From the IMG/VR virus record IMGVR_UViG_3300001202_000057, positions 1-64,000 of that record: a DNA stretch of 64,000 nucleotides; one strand, given 5' to 3'. Shown piece after piece: positions 8,851 through 17,110 of this stretch. The stretch comes from a virus. The translations under genes were made by a program, and so were the position numbers. The notes beneath the pieces are model-generated. The model worked only from the letters and a program-made list of their open reading frames with translations, had not been told where the DNA came from and made no database searches. Numbering within the stretch: the stretch's first letter is position 1; the number at the start of each line of letters is the position of its first letter.

Positions 8851-9641
8851 TAAATTATTACATCTCAGATGGAGGATTTTTCAACACTAATTGGAAACAT
8901 GCGAGATTTTGTGCTACAGGCCCAGTAAACAATACTAGCCTTAAGTTCAAACGAACTTTATCTTTTACAACAAAAGAAAAAACTTTTGTAAAAGAAATAT
9001 GTGCTGCATTTGGTGCTACTTGTAGATTTGCTTGGTTTAGTGAGCAATTTTCTGTGAAGCATAGTCCTACTAGTACTAGATTTACTATTAAGGTATTGAA
9101 TAATATCTTACGTAATATGACTGAGAAAAATATTGATTTATATAATAGGTTTATTAATTCTAGTCAGTATCAATATTTAGATTTACTGGTAGCAGGAGTT
9201 CAAGAAAATCCTACTTACAGAGACTGTTGGTTCTCTGGCAAGGATGTAGATGATTACCCAATCTCTCCATTAACTTACAGAGTATTAAAAGATAGAAATA
9301 AAATGTACCCTGATGTGACTATGAGTTTTTCAGTTCTAGAGCTTATAAAGCTTTTAAATGATGAAAATCTTAATAACTTAAATTCATTTATCCATAGATT
9401 TACTGTTGTAGACTATGAGCGTTCAACTTTATATAGGTACAATACACAAATCTGTGAGAAGATCATTAATTTAGTTTTGGATCAATACCCACCAGTAATT
9501 AAGCCAAAGCCAACTAAAAAAGTTATAAAAACTGCTAAACCCAAAGCTGCAAAGAAGGGGACTACAGCAAAGAGAGCAACTAAGAAGCGTAAAACTACAA
9601 AGAAGACAACTACCAAAACTACTGCGGCTGAAAAAGCCTAA
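8847..9641 (+). CDS. Hypothetical protein with a histone-H1-like Lys/Ala/Thr/Pro-rich C-terminal tail
   Basis: 264-aa ORF. The last ~47 aa read KPKPTKKVIKTAKPKAAKKGTTAKRATKKRKTTKKTTTKTTAAEKA. Confidence 0.5.
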   Translation: MINYYISDGGFFNTNWKHARFCATGPVNNTSLKFKRTLSFTTKEKTFVKEICAAFGATCRFAWFSEQFSVKHSPTSTRFTIKVLNNILRNMTEKNIDLYNRFINSSQYQYLDLLVAGVQENPTYRDCWFSGKDVDDYPISPLTYRVLKDRNKMYPDVTMSFSVLELIKLLNDENLNNLNSFIHRFTVVDYERSTLYRYNTQICEKIINLVLDQYPPVIKPKPTKKVIKTAKPKAAKKGTTAKRATKKRKTTKKTTTKTTAAEKA

Positions 9642-9647
9642 TGATAG

Positions 9648-10622
9648 TTGAACATTTTTAAAAAACGTGAAAACATATTACCATATGAATATCCTCAGCT
9701 TCTTAAATATAAAGATGCTATAAGACATAGTTATTGGCTACATACTGAATTTAACTTAACTAATGATATCTCAGACTTTAAGACAAAGTTAACAGATTCT
9801 CAGAGGGAAGCAGTTAAAAGAGCTATGCTAGCTATTTCACAAATAGAAGTGAATGTAAAAGCATTTTGGGGAGATTTATATAAAAGAATGCCAAAGTTAG
9901 AAATACAAGCTACTGGTGCAACATTTAGTGATAGTGAGGTGCGTCATTTTGACGCATACTCATTTATCCTAGAAAAACTAGGTCTACAGAAAGAGTTCCT
10001 AGACATCTTAGAAGTCCCTGCTATAGTAGACAGAGTGAAGTACTTAAAGAAGTATCTCTCTGGAGCTCGTAGTAAGGATGATAAAATGTTCACTAAATCA
10101 GTTTTGTTATTTAGCTTATTTATAGAACATGTTAGCTTATTCAGTCAATTTTTGATTATTATGTCAGTAAATAAAGAGTTAAATCTTTTGTCTGGATTAG
10201 ATAACATTGTTAAGGCAACGTCTATAGAAGAAAATATACATGGACAATTTGGTACTGAGTTAATCAATATCATAAAAAAAGAAAACCCAAAATGGTTTGA
10301 TGAAGAATTTGAACAATTAATTAGATCAGCAGTAAATAAAGCTTATAAGGCAGAGAATAAACTATTAGAATGGATATTTGAACAAGGAGAATTTACTTTC
10401 TTACCAATTGAAGTAATCCAAGAATTTATTAAAAATAGATTCAATAATAGTTTAGAAAGTATTGGATACAAACCTGAGTTTGAAATCCAAGAAAAGTTGA
10501 TATCTCCTACATTATGGTTTGATATAATGTTAACGAGTAAGACAGAGGGAGATATATTTTATAAGCGGTCTACTAATTACTCCAAGAAGACCAAATCAGT
10601 TACTGCTAATGACTTATTCTAA
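9648..10622 (+). CDS. nrdB: Ribonucleotide reductase class I beta subunit
   Basis: YPQLLKYKDAIRHSYWLHTEF, the SDSEVRHFDAYSF and EENIHGQFG iron-ligand motifs, and C-terminal NDLF. A TTG start is inferred because three stops lie immediately upstream. Confidence 0.9.
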   Translation: MNIFKKRENILPYEYPQLLKYKDAIRHSYWLHTEFNLTNDISDFKTKLTDSQREAVKRAMLAISQIEVNVKAFWGDLYKRMPKLEIQATGATFSDSEVRHFDAYSFILEKLGLQKEFLDILEVPAIVDRVKYLKKYLSGARSKDDKMFTKSVLLFSLFIEHVSLFSQFLIIMSVNKELNLLSGLDNIVKATSIEENIHGQFGTELINIIKKENPKWFDEEFEQLIRSAVNKAYKAENKLLEWIFEQGEFTFLPIEVIQEFIKNRFNNSLESIGYKPEFEIQEKLISPTLWFDIMLTSKTEGDIFYKRSTNYSKKTKSVTANDLF

Positions 10623-12237
10623 ATACTATTGGTTAAATGACAAAAGTAGAAAATTCTTATCAAGAGGTTATTTGAAAGAGGGAGAAACAGGAGAATCTAG
10701 AATTATGGATATGGCTAAATATGCTGAAAGTATATTAGGTATTCAAGGTTTTGCTGAAGAATTTGAAGATTATGCCTCTAGAGGATTTTATTCTTTTGCT
10801 ACACCAGTATGGGTTAATTTTGGTAGATTAAAAGGACTAGGTATTAGTTGTTATGGTTCTTATTGTGAAGACAGCCTTGATTCCATCCTAAACATGGGTA
10901 GGGAGCTTGGTATGATGTCTAAATATGGCGGGGGTACATCAGCATACCTTGGAAATATACGTCCAAGAGGGACAGCTATATCAACAGGAGGCGAGGCAGA
11001 TGGACCCACTCATTATGCACATATTTATGATACCATTATAGATAAATGTAAACAAGCTGAGGCTCGTCGTGGTGCTTGTGCAATTTATCTAGATATTGAA
11101 CATCCAGATATACTTGAATTTTTAAAAGTTGGAACAGAGGGTAATGATATTCAAAATCTTCAAAATGGAGTCTGTGTTGGAGACTTATTTATGAAGAAAA
11201 TGATTGCAGGAGATCAGCACAGCAGAGATGTTTGGGCTGCAGTACTCAATTCTAGAATATCAGTAGGATACCCTTATTTATTTTTTAAGGATAATGTGAA
11301 TAACAATACTCCTTATAAAGGTAAATCCAAAATAGTAGCATCTAATTTATGCTCTGAAATTTGTTTGCCCTCTAAGATTGATGAATCCTTTGTATGTTGT
11401 TTAGGTAGTATAAACCTAAAACACTGGGATGAGATTAAAGAGACTAGAGCTATTGAGCTTTATGTATTATTTTTAAATGCAGTTATGGAAGACTTCATCC
11501 AAAAAGCGTCTAAGCTACCAGGAATGGGTAGAGCTGTCAGATTTGCTAAAAATCACAGAGCTCTTGGATTGGGTGTATTGGGCTACCATACATATTTGCA
11601 GGAGAACTTAATTGAGTTTGAGTCTCTCGCTGCCAAACAATTCAATCATGACGTGTTTAGTACTCTACAACAAAGGAGTTACGCTGCATCTGAGAAGGCC
11701 CTACGGTTAGGATTTTCCAATGCACACGTAGCTACCAGAGCTAACACAGTCTTAAATGCTATTGCACCTACAAAATCTTCAAGTTTTATATTAGGACAAA
11801 TGTCATTAGGCATAGAACCAATTTTGTCAAATTGTTTTACTAAAGACATTGCTAAAATACAAACTACGTATAGAAATCCTGTATTACTTAAACACCTCCA
11901 AAAACATAATATGGATAATCCCGAAATATGGAAGGACATTGCTAATAATAATGGTTCAATACAACATTTGGATATTCCAAATAAGGAAGTGTTTAAAAGC
12001 TTTATAGAAATATCTCCTGCAGAGATAATCTTACAAGCATCTCAAAGACAGAAATTTCTAGACCAATCCCAATCCCTTAATCTGAGTATACATGATTCTG
12101 TGTCTATAAAGGATATTAATAGATTGTATATAACAGCATGGGAAAAAGGAGTAAAAACATTATACTACCAGATAGGTGAATCAGCAGCCATGAATTTCTC
12201 TAGGGAGATAAATGAATGCGTAGCCTGTGAAGGATAA
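10609..12237 (+). CDS. nrdA: Ribonucleotide reductase class I alpha subunit (short form, no ATP-cone)
   Basis: The active-site motif SNLCSEI, plus CCLGSINL, ALGLGVLGYH, IAPTKSSS and the C-terminal redox pair CVACEG. It overlaps nrdB by 14 nt. Confidence 0.9.
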   Translation: MTYSKYYWLNDKSRKFLSRGYLKEGETGESRIMDMAKYAESILGIQGFAEEFEDYASRGFYSFATPVWVNFGRLKGLGISCYGSYCEDSLDSILNMGRELGMMSKYGGGTSAYLGNIRPRGTAISTGGEADGPTHYAHIYDTIIDKCKQAEARRGACAIYLDIEHPDILEFLKVGTEGNDIQNLQNGVCVGDLFMKKMIAGDQHSRDVWAAVLNSRISVGYPYLFFKDNVNNNTPYKGKSKIVASNLCSEICLPSKIDESFVCCLGSINLKHWDEIKETRAIELYVLFLNAVMEDFIQKASKLPGMGRAVRFAKNHRALGLGVLGYHTYLQENLIEFESLAAKQFNHDVFSTLQQRSYAASEKALRLGFSNAHVATRANTVLNAIAPTKSSSFILGQMSLGIEPILSNCFTKDIAKIQTTYRNPVLLKHLQKHNMDNPEIWKDIANNNGSIQHLDIPNKEVFKSFIEISPAEIILQASQRQKFLDQSQSLNLSIHDSVSIKDINRLYITAWEKGVKTLYYQIGESAAMNFSREINECVACEG

Positions 12238-12347
12238 TATATTTTTCTAACAACATTAAAATTTTAAATCTATGTTTGCAAGAATGTGGAGACGTAGCAA
12301 CAAAGTGAAAGCTTTGATTGCTCCACGTCATTACTAATGATGTATTT

Positions 12348-12384
12348 AATGGGGGACTTGTTCCCCCATTATTTTATTTATTTT
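12348..12384 (+). terminator. Rho-independent terminator after nrdA
   Basis: Stem aatggggg (12348..12355) pairs with cccccatt (12363..12370) across a 7-nt loop, followed by attttatttatttt. Confidence 0.7.
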
Positions 12385-12433
12385 AATGTGAATAATAATA
12401 GGTGATTATCCAGATTATTTGTATATTCATAAT

Positions 12434-13114
12434 ATGAAAAGAAATTATTATTTTTACGTATTAAAAGACCCAAAAACTTTTGAAATAAGATATTTTGGAA
12501 AAACAATTAATTTAAATAAAAGATTAAAAGATCATATTTATGAATCAAAGAATTGTAATACACACAAATGTAATTGGATTAAATCTATAAATTTTAACCC
12601 AATTATTCAATGTGTATTTTTTCAAGAATGTACTATTAAAGAAAGTTCTAAAATAGAAAAAACTATTCTTAGAAAATTAATGAAAAAATTTAATCTTACT
12701 AATTCTTGGGATAACTGTATAGGAGCATTTAAAACAGGCAAGCTTGTACATCAATATGATTTAAAAGGTAATTTTATAAAAACTTTTGAAAATGCTACAC
12801 ATGCAGAATCTGAAACTGATGTTTATAACTCTAATATTCTTAGATCTTGTAAAAAATCTGGACCAAAAGGTATGGTTTCAGCAGGAAATTATTTATGGCT
12901 ATTTAAAAAGTATAAAAAATATCCTTATCCACTAAAAAGAAATAATGGAGAAAAACCAATTATACAATATGATTTAAATGGCAATTACATAAAAGAATTT
13001 ATTTCAGCCAGAGAAGCTTCTAAAAAATTAAATATTAATTATAAATTAATCTCTCGTGTTTGTAGAGGTAAAAGAAATAAAACTTGTGGATACAAATTTA
13101 AATTTAAAACCTAA
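12434..13114 (+). CDS. Free-standing GIY-YIG homing endonuclease with two NUMOD/IENR-like DNA-binding repeats
   Basis: YYFYVLKDPKTFEIRYFGKT (GIY...YIG), then KRLKDH and a conserved Glu in IEKTILRKL. Repeats VHQYDLKGNFIKTFENATHAE and IIQYDLNGNYIKEFISAREASKKLNINYKLISRVCRGKR are present. The ORF track starts at TTG 12419, but ATG 12434 is likelier. Confidence 0.8.
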   Translation: MKRNYYFYVLKDPKTFEIRYFGKTINLNKRLKDHIYESKNCNTHKCNWIKSINFNPIIQCVFFQECTIKESSKIEKTILRKLMKKFNLTNSWDNCIGAFKTGKLVHQYDLKGNFIKTFENATHAESETDVYNSNILRSCKKSGPKGMVSAGNYLWLFKKYKKYPYPLKRNNGEKPIIQYDLNGNYIKEFISAREASKKLNINYKLISRVCRGKRNKTCGYKFKFKT

Positions 13115-13907
13115 AAGAACTTTAGTACTTGGAGATCAGCATGGTGCTTATAAGGCAGTACAACAAGTTTTAGGAGCATCAGGATTTAATTTAGAAACTG
13201 ACTTAATTATAAATCTTGGAGACGTTGTTGACGGATGGCCTCATTCTGCTGAATTAGTTCAATTTTGGATTGATTTAGAAAAAAAGTGTAGTTTTAAACC
13301 TATATTTTTAAGGGGGAATCACGATGACTGGGCTTGGGAGTGGATTCAAACAGGAATTAAAAAGGACATGTGGATTAATCAAGGAGGTCAATCAACTTAT
13401 GATTCATATCAAAAATGTAGACATTTTGATTTTGATGCTCATTATAACTTTTTTAAGTATTTACATCACTACTACATAGATGATCAAAATAGATTATTTC
13501 TACATGCTGGTTTTACTTCTCATAGAGGAGTTAAAGATGAAATACATAAACCTAATTTTTGGTGGGATAGAACTTTATGGGAATCTGCTGTAGCTGCTAA
13601 AAGAGTTAAAGATCCATTACATATTCCAAAAAGATTTAAAAACTATAAAGAAATTTATATAGGTCACACAACTACAGTTAATTGGGATTATAAGAAAAAT
13701 TGGGATGAAAATGGAAAATTAGGAACTAAAATAGTAACTCCTATGAATTCTCATAATGTATGGAATTTAGATACAGGTTGTGGATTTGCAGGTAAACTTA
13801 CTATAATGGATATTAATAGTAAAGAATATTGGCAATCAGATTTTGTTAATACACTTTATCCTAATGTTAAAGGTAGGGGTAAATTTAAAAGAAACTGGAA
13901 AAAATAA
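13056..13907 (+). CDS. PPP-family metallophosphoesterase (lambda-phosphatase / ApaH-like). The start is uncertain (GTG 13086 is possible).
   Basis: LGDQHGA (GDxHG), LGDVVDGW (GDxVDxG), LRGNHDDW (GNHD/E), LHAGF and IGHT. The 5' end of the ORF-track model overlaps the endonuclease gene by 59 nt. Confidence 0.75.
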   Translation: MFVEVKEIKLVDTNLNLKPKRTLVLGDQHGAYKAVQQVLGASGFNLETDLIINLGDVVDGWPHSAELVQFWIDLEKKCSFKPIFLRGNHDDWAWEWIQTGIKKDMWINQGGQSTYDSYQKCRHFDFDAHYNFFKYLHHYYIDDQNRLFLHAGFTSHRGVKDEIHKPNFWWDRTLWESAVAAKRVKDPLHIPKRFKNYKEIYIGHTTTVNWDYKKNWDENGKLGTKIVTPMNSHNVWNLDTGCGFAGKLTIMDINSKEYWQSDFVNTLYPNVKGRGKFKRNWKK

Positions 13908-13911
13908 TAAT

Positions 13912-14406
13912 ATGAGTGGACAAATAAGATTTATTTCAGATCCACACTTTGGACATAGAAATATAGCTATACATAGAGGATTCAAAGATGAATTTGAAAT
14001 GAATGAGCATATTATAGCTCAATGGAATAAAGTAGTTAAGAAGAAAGATACAACTTGGATACTAGGAGATATAACTATGGAAAAAGGTGAATATCACTAT
14101 TTAGATAGATTGAATGGCTTCAAAAGAATTATTTTAGGAAATCATGACAAAGGTAATCATACTAAAGTTATGTTAGATTATGTTAATTCTATACATGGAT
14201 TAAGTAAATTTAGATCTAAAGAATTTGGTAATATTTGGTTATCACATTGTCCTATATTTCCTAAAGAATTAGAGTTCCGAGTTAACTATAATATTCATGG
14301 TCACATACATACTGGTTATGTAATAAATGACCCTAGATATATAAATGTGTGTATGGAAGTTCAAGATTATACACCAAAAACTTTACAAGAACTTATTAAA
14401 AAATAG
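13912..14406 (+). CDS. Calcineurin-like metallophosphoesterase (small, YfcE/MJ0936-like)
   Basis: ISDPHFGH, ILGDIT, LGNHD, LSHCP and HGHIH. ATG 13912 follows the upstream stop, whereas the ORF-track start at 13843 lies inside the previous gene. Confidence 0.7.
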   Translation: MSGQIRFISDPHFGHRNIAIHRGFKDEFEMNEHIIAQWNKVVKKKDTTWILGDITMEKGEYHYLDRLNGFKRIILGNHDKGNHTKVMLDYVNSIHGLSKFRSKEFGNIWLSHCPIFPKELEFRVNYNIHGHIHTGYVINDPRYINVCMEVQDYTPKTLQELIKK

Positions 14407-14408
14407 TT

Positions 14409-14627
14409 ATGATATTTGATATAGGATTTCAATATAAATCAGAAGAAAGAGTAATGGGTGCTAGCATCGTAGTAGAGTGTGAAAGTGAAGGAATTGCTAA
14501 AAAATACTTAGTAAAACAAATGCTTTCTAGAATGCCTGATTGGATTAAACGTCAGGTAGATGTTAATTTTGAATCTACAGGGCCTTATAAAGTATATTGT
14601 GAAGAAATTAAAACAATTAAAATTTAA
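14409..14627 (+). CDS. Hypothetical small protein
   Basis: A 72-codon ORF filling the gap exactly between neighbouring genes. It has no motif. Confidence 0.4.
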   Translation: MIFDIGFQYKSEERVMGASIVVECESEGIAKKYLVKQMLSRMPDWIKRQVDVNFESTGPYKVYCEEIKTIKI

Positions 14628-14629
14628 TT

Positions 14630-15451
14630 ATGGAAATAATAAAATATCCAGATAAATCTAGTTATGTAACTGTTGACCCTAAAGAAAAAGGTAAAAATAT
14701 AATTTTTAAAATTAACAGTTATGAAGATCTTTGGCATCTTAACCAATATGTAGATGCTCTGAATAATGTAGGAGTAACACCACACATCATCATACCTTGT
14801 TTAATTGATGCACAAGCAGATAAAAGATTTGCTAATAATCAATCTTCTGGATTGTTATTAGTCACTAGATTATTAAATAGTATGAAAGCTACTTTTACAA
14901 TATTTCATCCACATAATCCAGAGGTACTAGAATCATTAATGCCTAATGTTAAAATTATAAATAATACAGAATATATTAAAACTGTACTTAAAAAACTTGG
15001 TCAAACAGATGGAACTGATGAAAGTATGATATTAATGTCTTCTGATGCAGGTGGTTTTAAACCACTTATGAATTTGTGTAAAGAACTTAATTGGAAAGGG
15101 TTAACTTATAGTGCAGCTAAACATAGATCATGGAGCTTAGCTGATGGAACTAAGTTTATACAAGAAATAGGCAGGAGAGATTTTGAGAAAAAAGATATTT
15201 TAATCATAGATGATTTATGTATTTATGGTGGGACATTTAAAGGATTATCTTCTATACTTAGAGATAGAAATGTAGGTAATTTATATTTAGCTACTACGCA
15301 CGCAACAATTCAAAATTTGGGAGATGACCCAGTAACTAATTACTTTGACCGAGTATTTTTCACTAACAGTAAACATGACAGTTATGGGACTTCAGACAAA
15401 TCTGAAGAATTAAAACCTATTGGTAACTTAGATGTTTTAGATTTATTTTAA
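14630..15451 (+). CDS. Ribose-phosphate pyrophosphokinase-like protein; candidate ADP-ribose pyrophosphokinase (Adps of NARP1)
   Basis: PCLIDAQADKRF (compare Prs PY..YARQDR) and the PRTase loop ILIIDDLCIYGGTF. It is placed 1 nt upstream of the NAMPT-like gene. Confidence 0.7.
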   Translation: MEIIKYPDKSSYVTVDPKEKGKNIIFKINSYEDLWHLNQYVDALNNVGVTPHIIIPCLIDAQADKRFANNQSSGLLLVTRLLNSMKATFTIFHPHNPEVLESLMPNVKIINNTEYIKTVLKKLGQTDGTDESMILMSSDAGGFKPLMNLCKELNWKGLTYSAAKHRSWSLADGTKFIQEIGRRDFEKKDILIIDDLCIYGGTFKGLSSILRDRNVGNLYLATTHATIQNLGDDPVTNYFDRVFFTNSKHDSYGTSDKSEELKPIGNLDVLDLF

Positions 15452-15452
15452 T

Positions 15453-17096
15453 ATGAAAATGACTAAAGAGTTGATGACTCTGATAATGATGCTGACTGAT
15501 GCCTACAAGCTTTTTCATCGTAGGATGTATCCTGCTAACACAGTAAGAGTGTATTCAAATAATACATTCAGAAGTATGAAGCATTATCCTGGAAAGAATA
15601 AAAAATATGGTATAGTTTTTGGTAATCAGAAATTGGTTATAGACCTTAAGGATAAGTTTGATGAATTTTTTGCAATGGATTGGCCTGTAGTAGCTGAGTT
15701 TTTAAAAACTCAATTAGATTCCTTCACAGGAACAGATTATGAGATTGAGCATATTAAATATCTCCACAGTCTTCAATACCTACCTATGGTATTTAAATCA
15801 CTGCCTGAAGGTACTAAGTGTCCTGTAGGAGTACCTAATCTTACTTTCTACAATACTGATGAAAAATGTTTTTGGTTGACCAACTTTTTAGAAACTTGGT
15901 TATCTAATAATGGTTGGCAAGGTCATTTCTCAGCTACTATGTCTAATGAGTATAGAGAAATTCTAGAACATTGGGCTATGAAAACTACAGGTAGTATTGA
16001 GAATGTACCTATTCAAGGTCATGATTTCTCTATGAGAGGTATGGGTGGTTCAGATGTAGCATTAGCTTCAGGTATGGGACATCTTACATCATTTGTAGGA
16101 ACAGATACAGTACCAGCATATTTAGGTATGCAATATTACTATGATAGTGGTATTAACAGATGGGCAGATTTAGCTACTCAAGGTTGGATGAATGCTATTG
16201 TGGGTACTTCAGTACCAGCAACAGAACATTCAGTACAATGTGCTCACTGGAATGAGAAAGCTATGACTGAAGCAGGTCATACTGATGAATTAGAATACTT
16301 AGATTACATATTAGCCAAATTCCCGACGGGGATAGTTTCTATTGTATGTGATGGATTTGATTTCTGGACATTTATTACAATCACTTTACCTAAACGTAAG
16401 TCTGTTATTATGGCTAGAGATGGTAAAGTAGTAGTAAGACCTGATTCAGGTAATCCTGCTGATATTATCTGTGGTATATCAGGTTATAATACTTATGATG
16501 CGTATTATAAAATGGAATATGCTCAACCTACTGAAAGAGGAATAGCAGATGTAAATGAATATAAAGGAGCAGTAGAATGTCTTTGGGATATATTTGGTGG
16601 AACTACTAATGATTTAGGCTATAAAGAACTAGATTCTCATATTGGCCTAATTTATGGAGATTCTATTACACTAGATTTATGTAATGAAATCTGTTCTAAG
16701 CTAACTGATAAAGAATTTGCATCTACTAATTGGGTAGCTGGTATAGGTAGTTTTACTTTTAGATTTGCTACTAGAGATTCAATGGGTGGAGCTTATAAAG
16801 CTACACATATTCAATTAGAAGAAGAAATTTATCATGGAGCCCCTACTACTCCATACACTGCGATAGTAGGTAAAAACATCTTCAAAGATCCTAAAACTGG
16901 AGACGGTACTAAAAAATCTGCTAAAGGTCTACTACGAGTTTATGAAGACAAAGTAGGGACATTAGTTCTTCAAAATGAAGTCTCAGAAGAAGATGAAAGA
17001 ACAGGAGAATTAAAAATAATTTTTCAAGATGGAGAATTATATAATCAAACTAATCTCTTTGAAATCAGAAACAGAATTACCAACAGAGAAAATTAA
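15453..17096 (+). CDS. Nicotinamide phosphoribosyltransferase-family protein; candidate nicotinamide ADP-ribose transferase (Namat of NARP1)
   Basis: LLTDAYKLFH, GHDFSMRGMGG, VPATEHSV, VVRPDSGNP and LIYGDSI are NAMPT/NadV family motifs along the full 547-aa length. Confidence 0.8.
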   Translation: MKMTKELMTLIMMLTDAYKLFHRRMYPANTVRVYSNNTFRSMKHYPGKNKKYGIVFGNQKLVIDLKDKFDEFFAMDWPVVAEFLKTQLDSFTGTDYEIEHIKYLHSLQYLPMVFKSLPEGTKCPVGVPNLTFYNTDEKCFWLTNFLETWLSNNGWQGHFSATMSNEYREILEHWAMKTTGSIENVPIQGHDFSMRGMGGSDVALASGMGHLTSFVGTDTVPAYLGMQYYYDSGINRWADLATQGWMNAIVGTSVPATEHSVQCAHWNEKAMTEAGHTDELEYLDYILAKFPTGIVSIVCDGFDFWTFITITLPKRKSVIMARDGKVVVRPDSGNPADIICGISGYNTYDAYYKMEYAQPTERGIADVNEYKGAVECLWDIFGGTTNDLGYKELDSHIGLIYGDSITLDLCNEICSKLTDKEFASTNWVAGIGSFTFRFATRDSMGGAYKATHIQLEEEIYHGAPTTPYTAIVGKNIFKDPKTGDGTKKSAKGLLRVYEDKVGTLVLQNEVSEEDERTGELKIIFQDGELYNQTNLFEIRNRITNREN

Positions 17097-17110
17097 ATAA
17101 TTATAACACA

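Noticed and set aside
12238-12418. tRNA or tmRNA-like gene in the nrdA-endonuclease spacer (also checked 701..1034 and 19407..19502)
   Set aside because: I found no cloverleaf, no GTTCGA/T-loop box and no acceptor-stem complementarity. The structures seen are a simple imperfect hairpin and a terminator.
10609-13114. nrdA interrupted by an intron carrying the GIY-YIG gene
   Set aside because: nrdA ends with the expected C-terminal redox Cys pair (CVACEG*) and is followed by a canonical terminator. No P/Q/R/S core elements occur in 12238..12418, and the downstream ORF is a phosphatase, not an nrdA exon.
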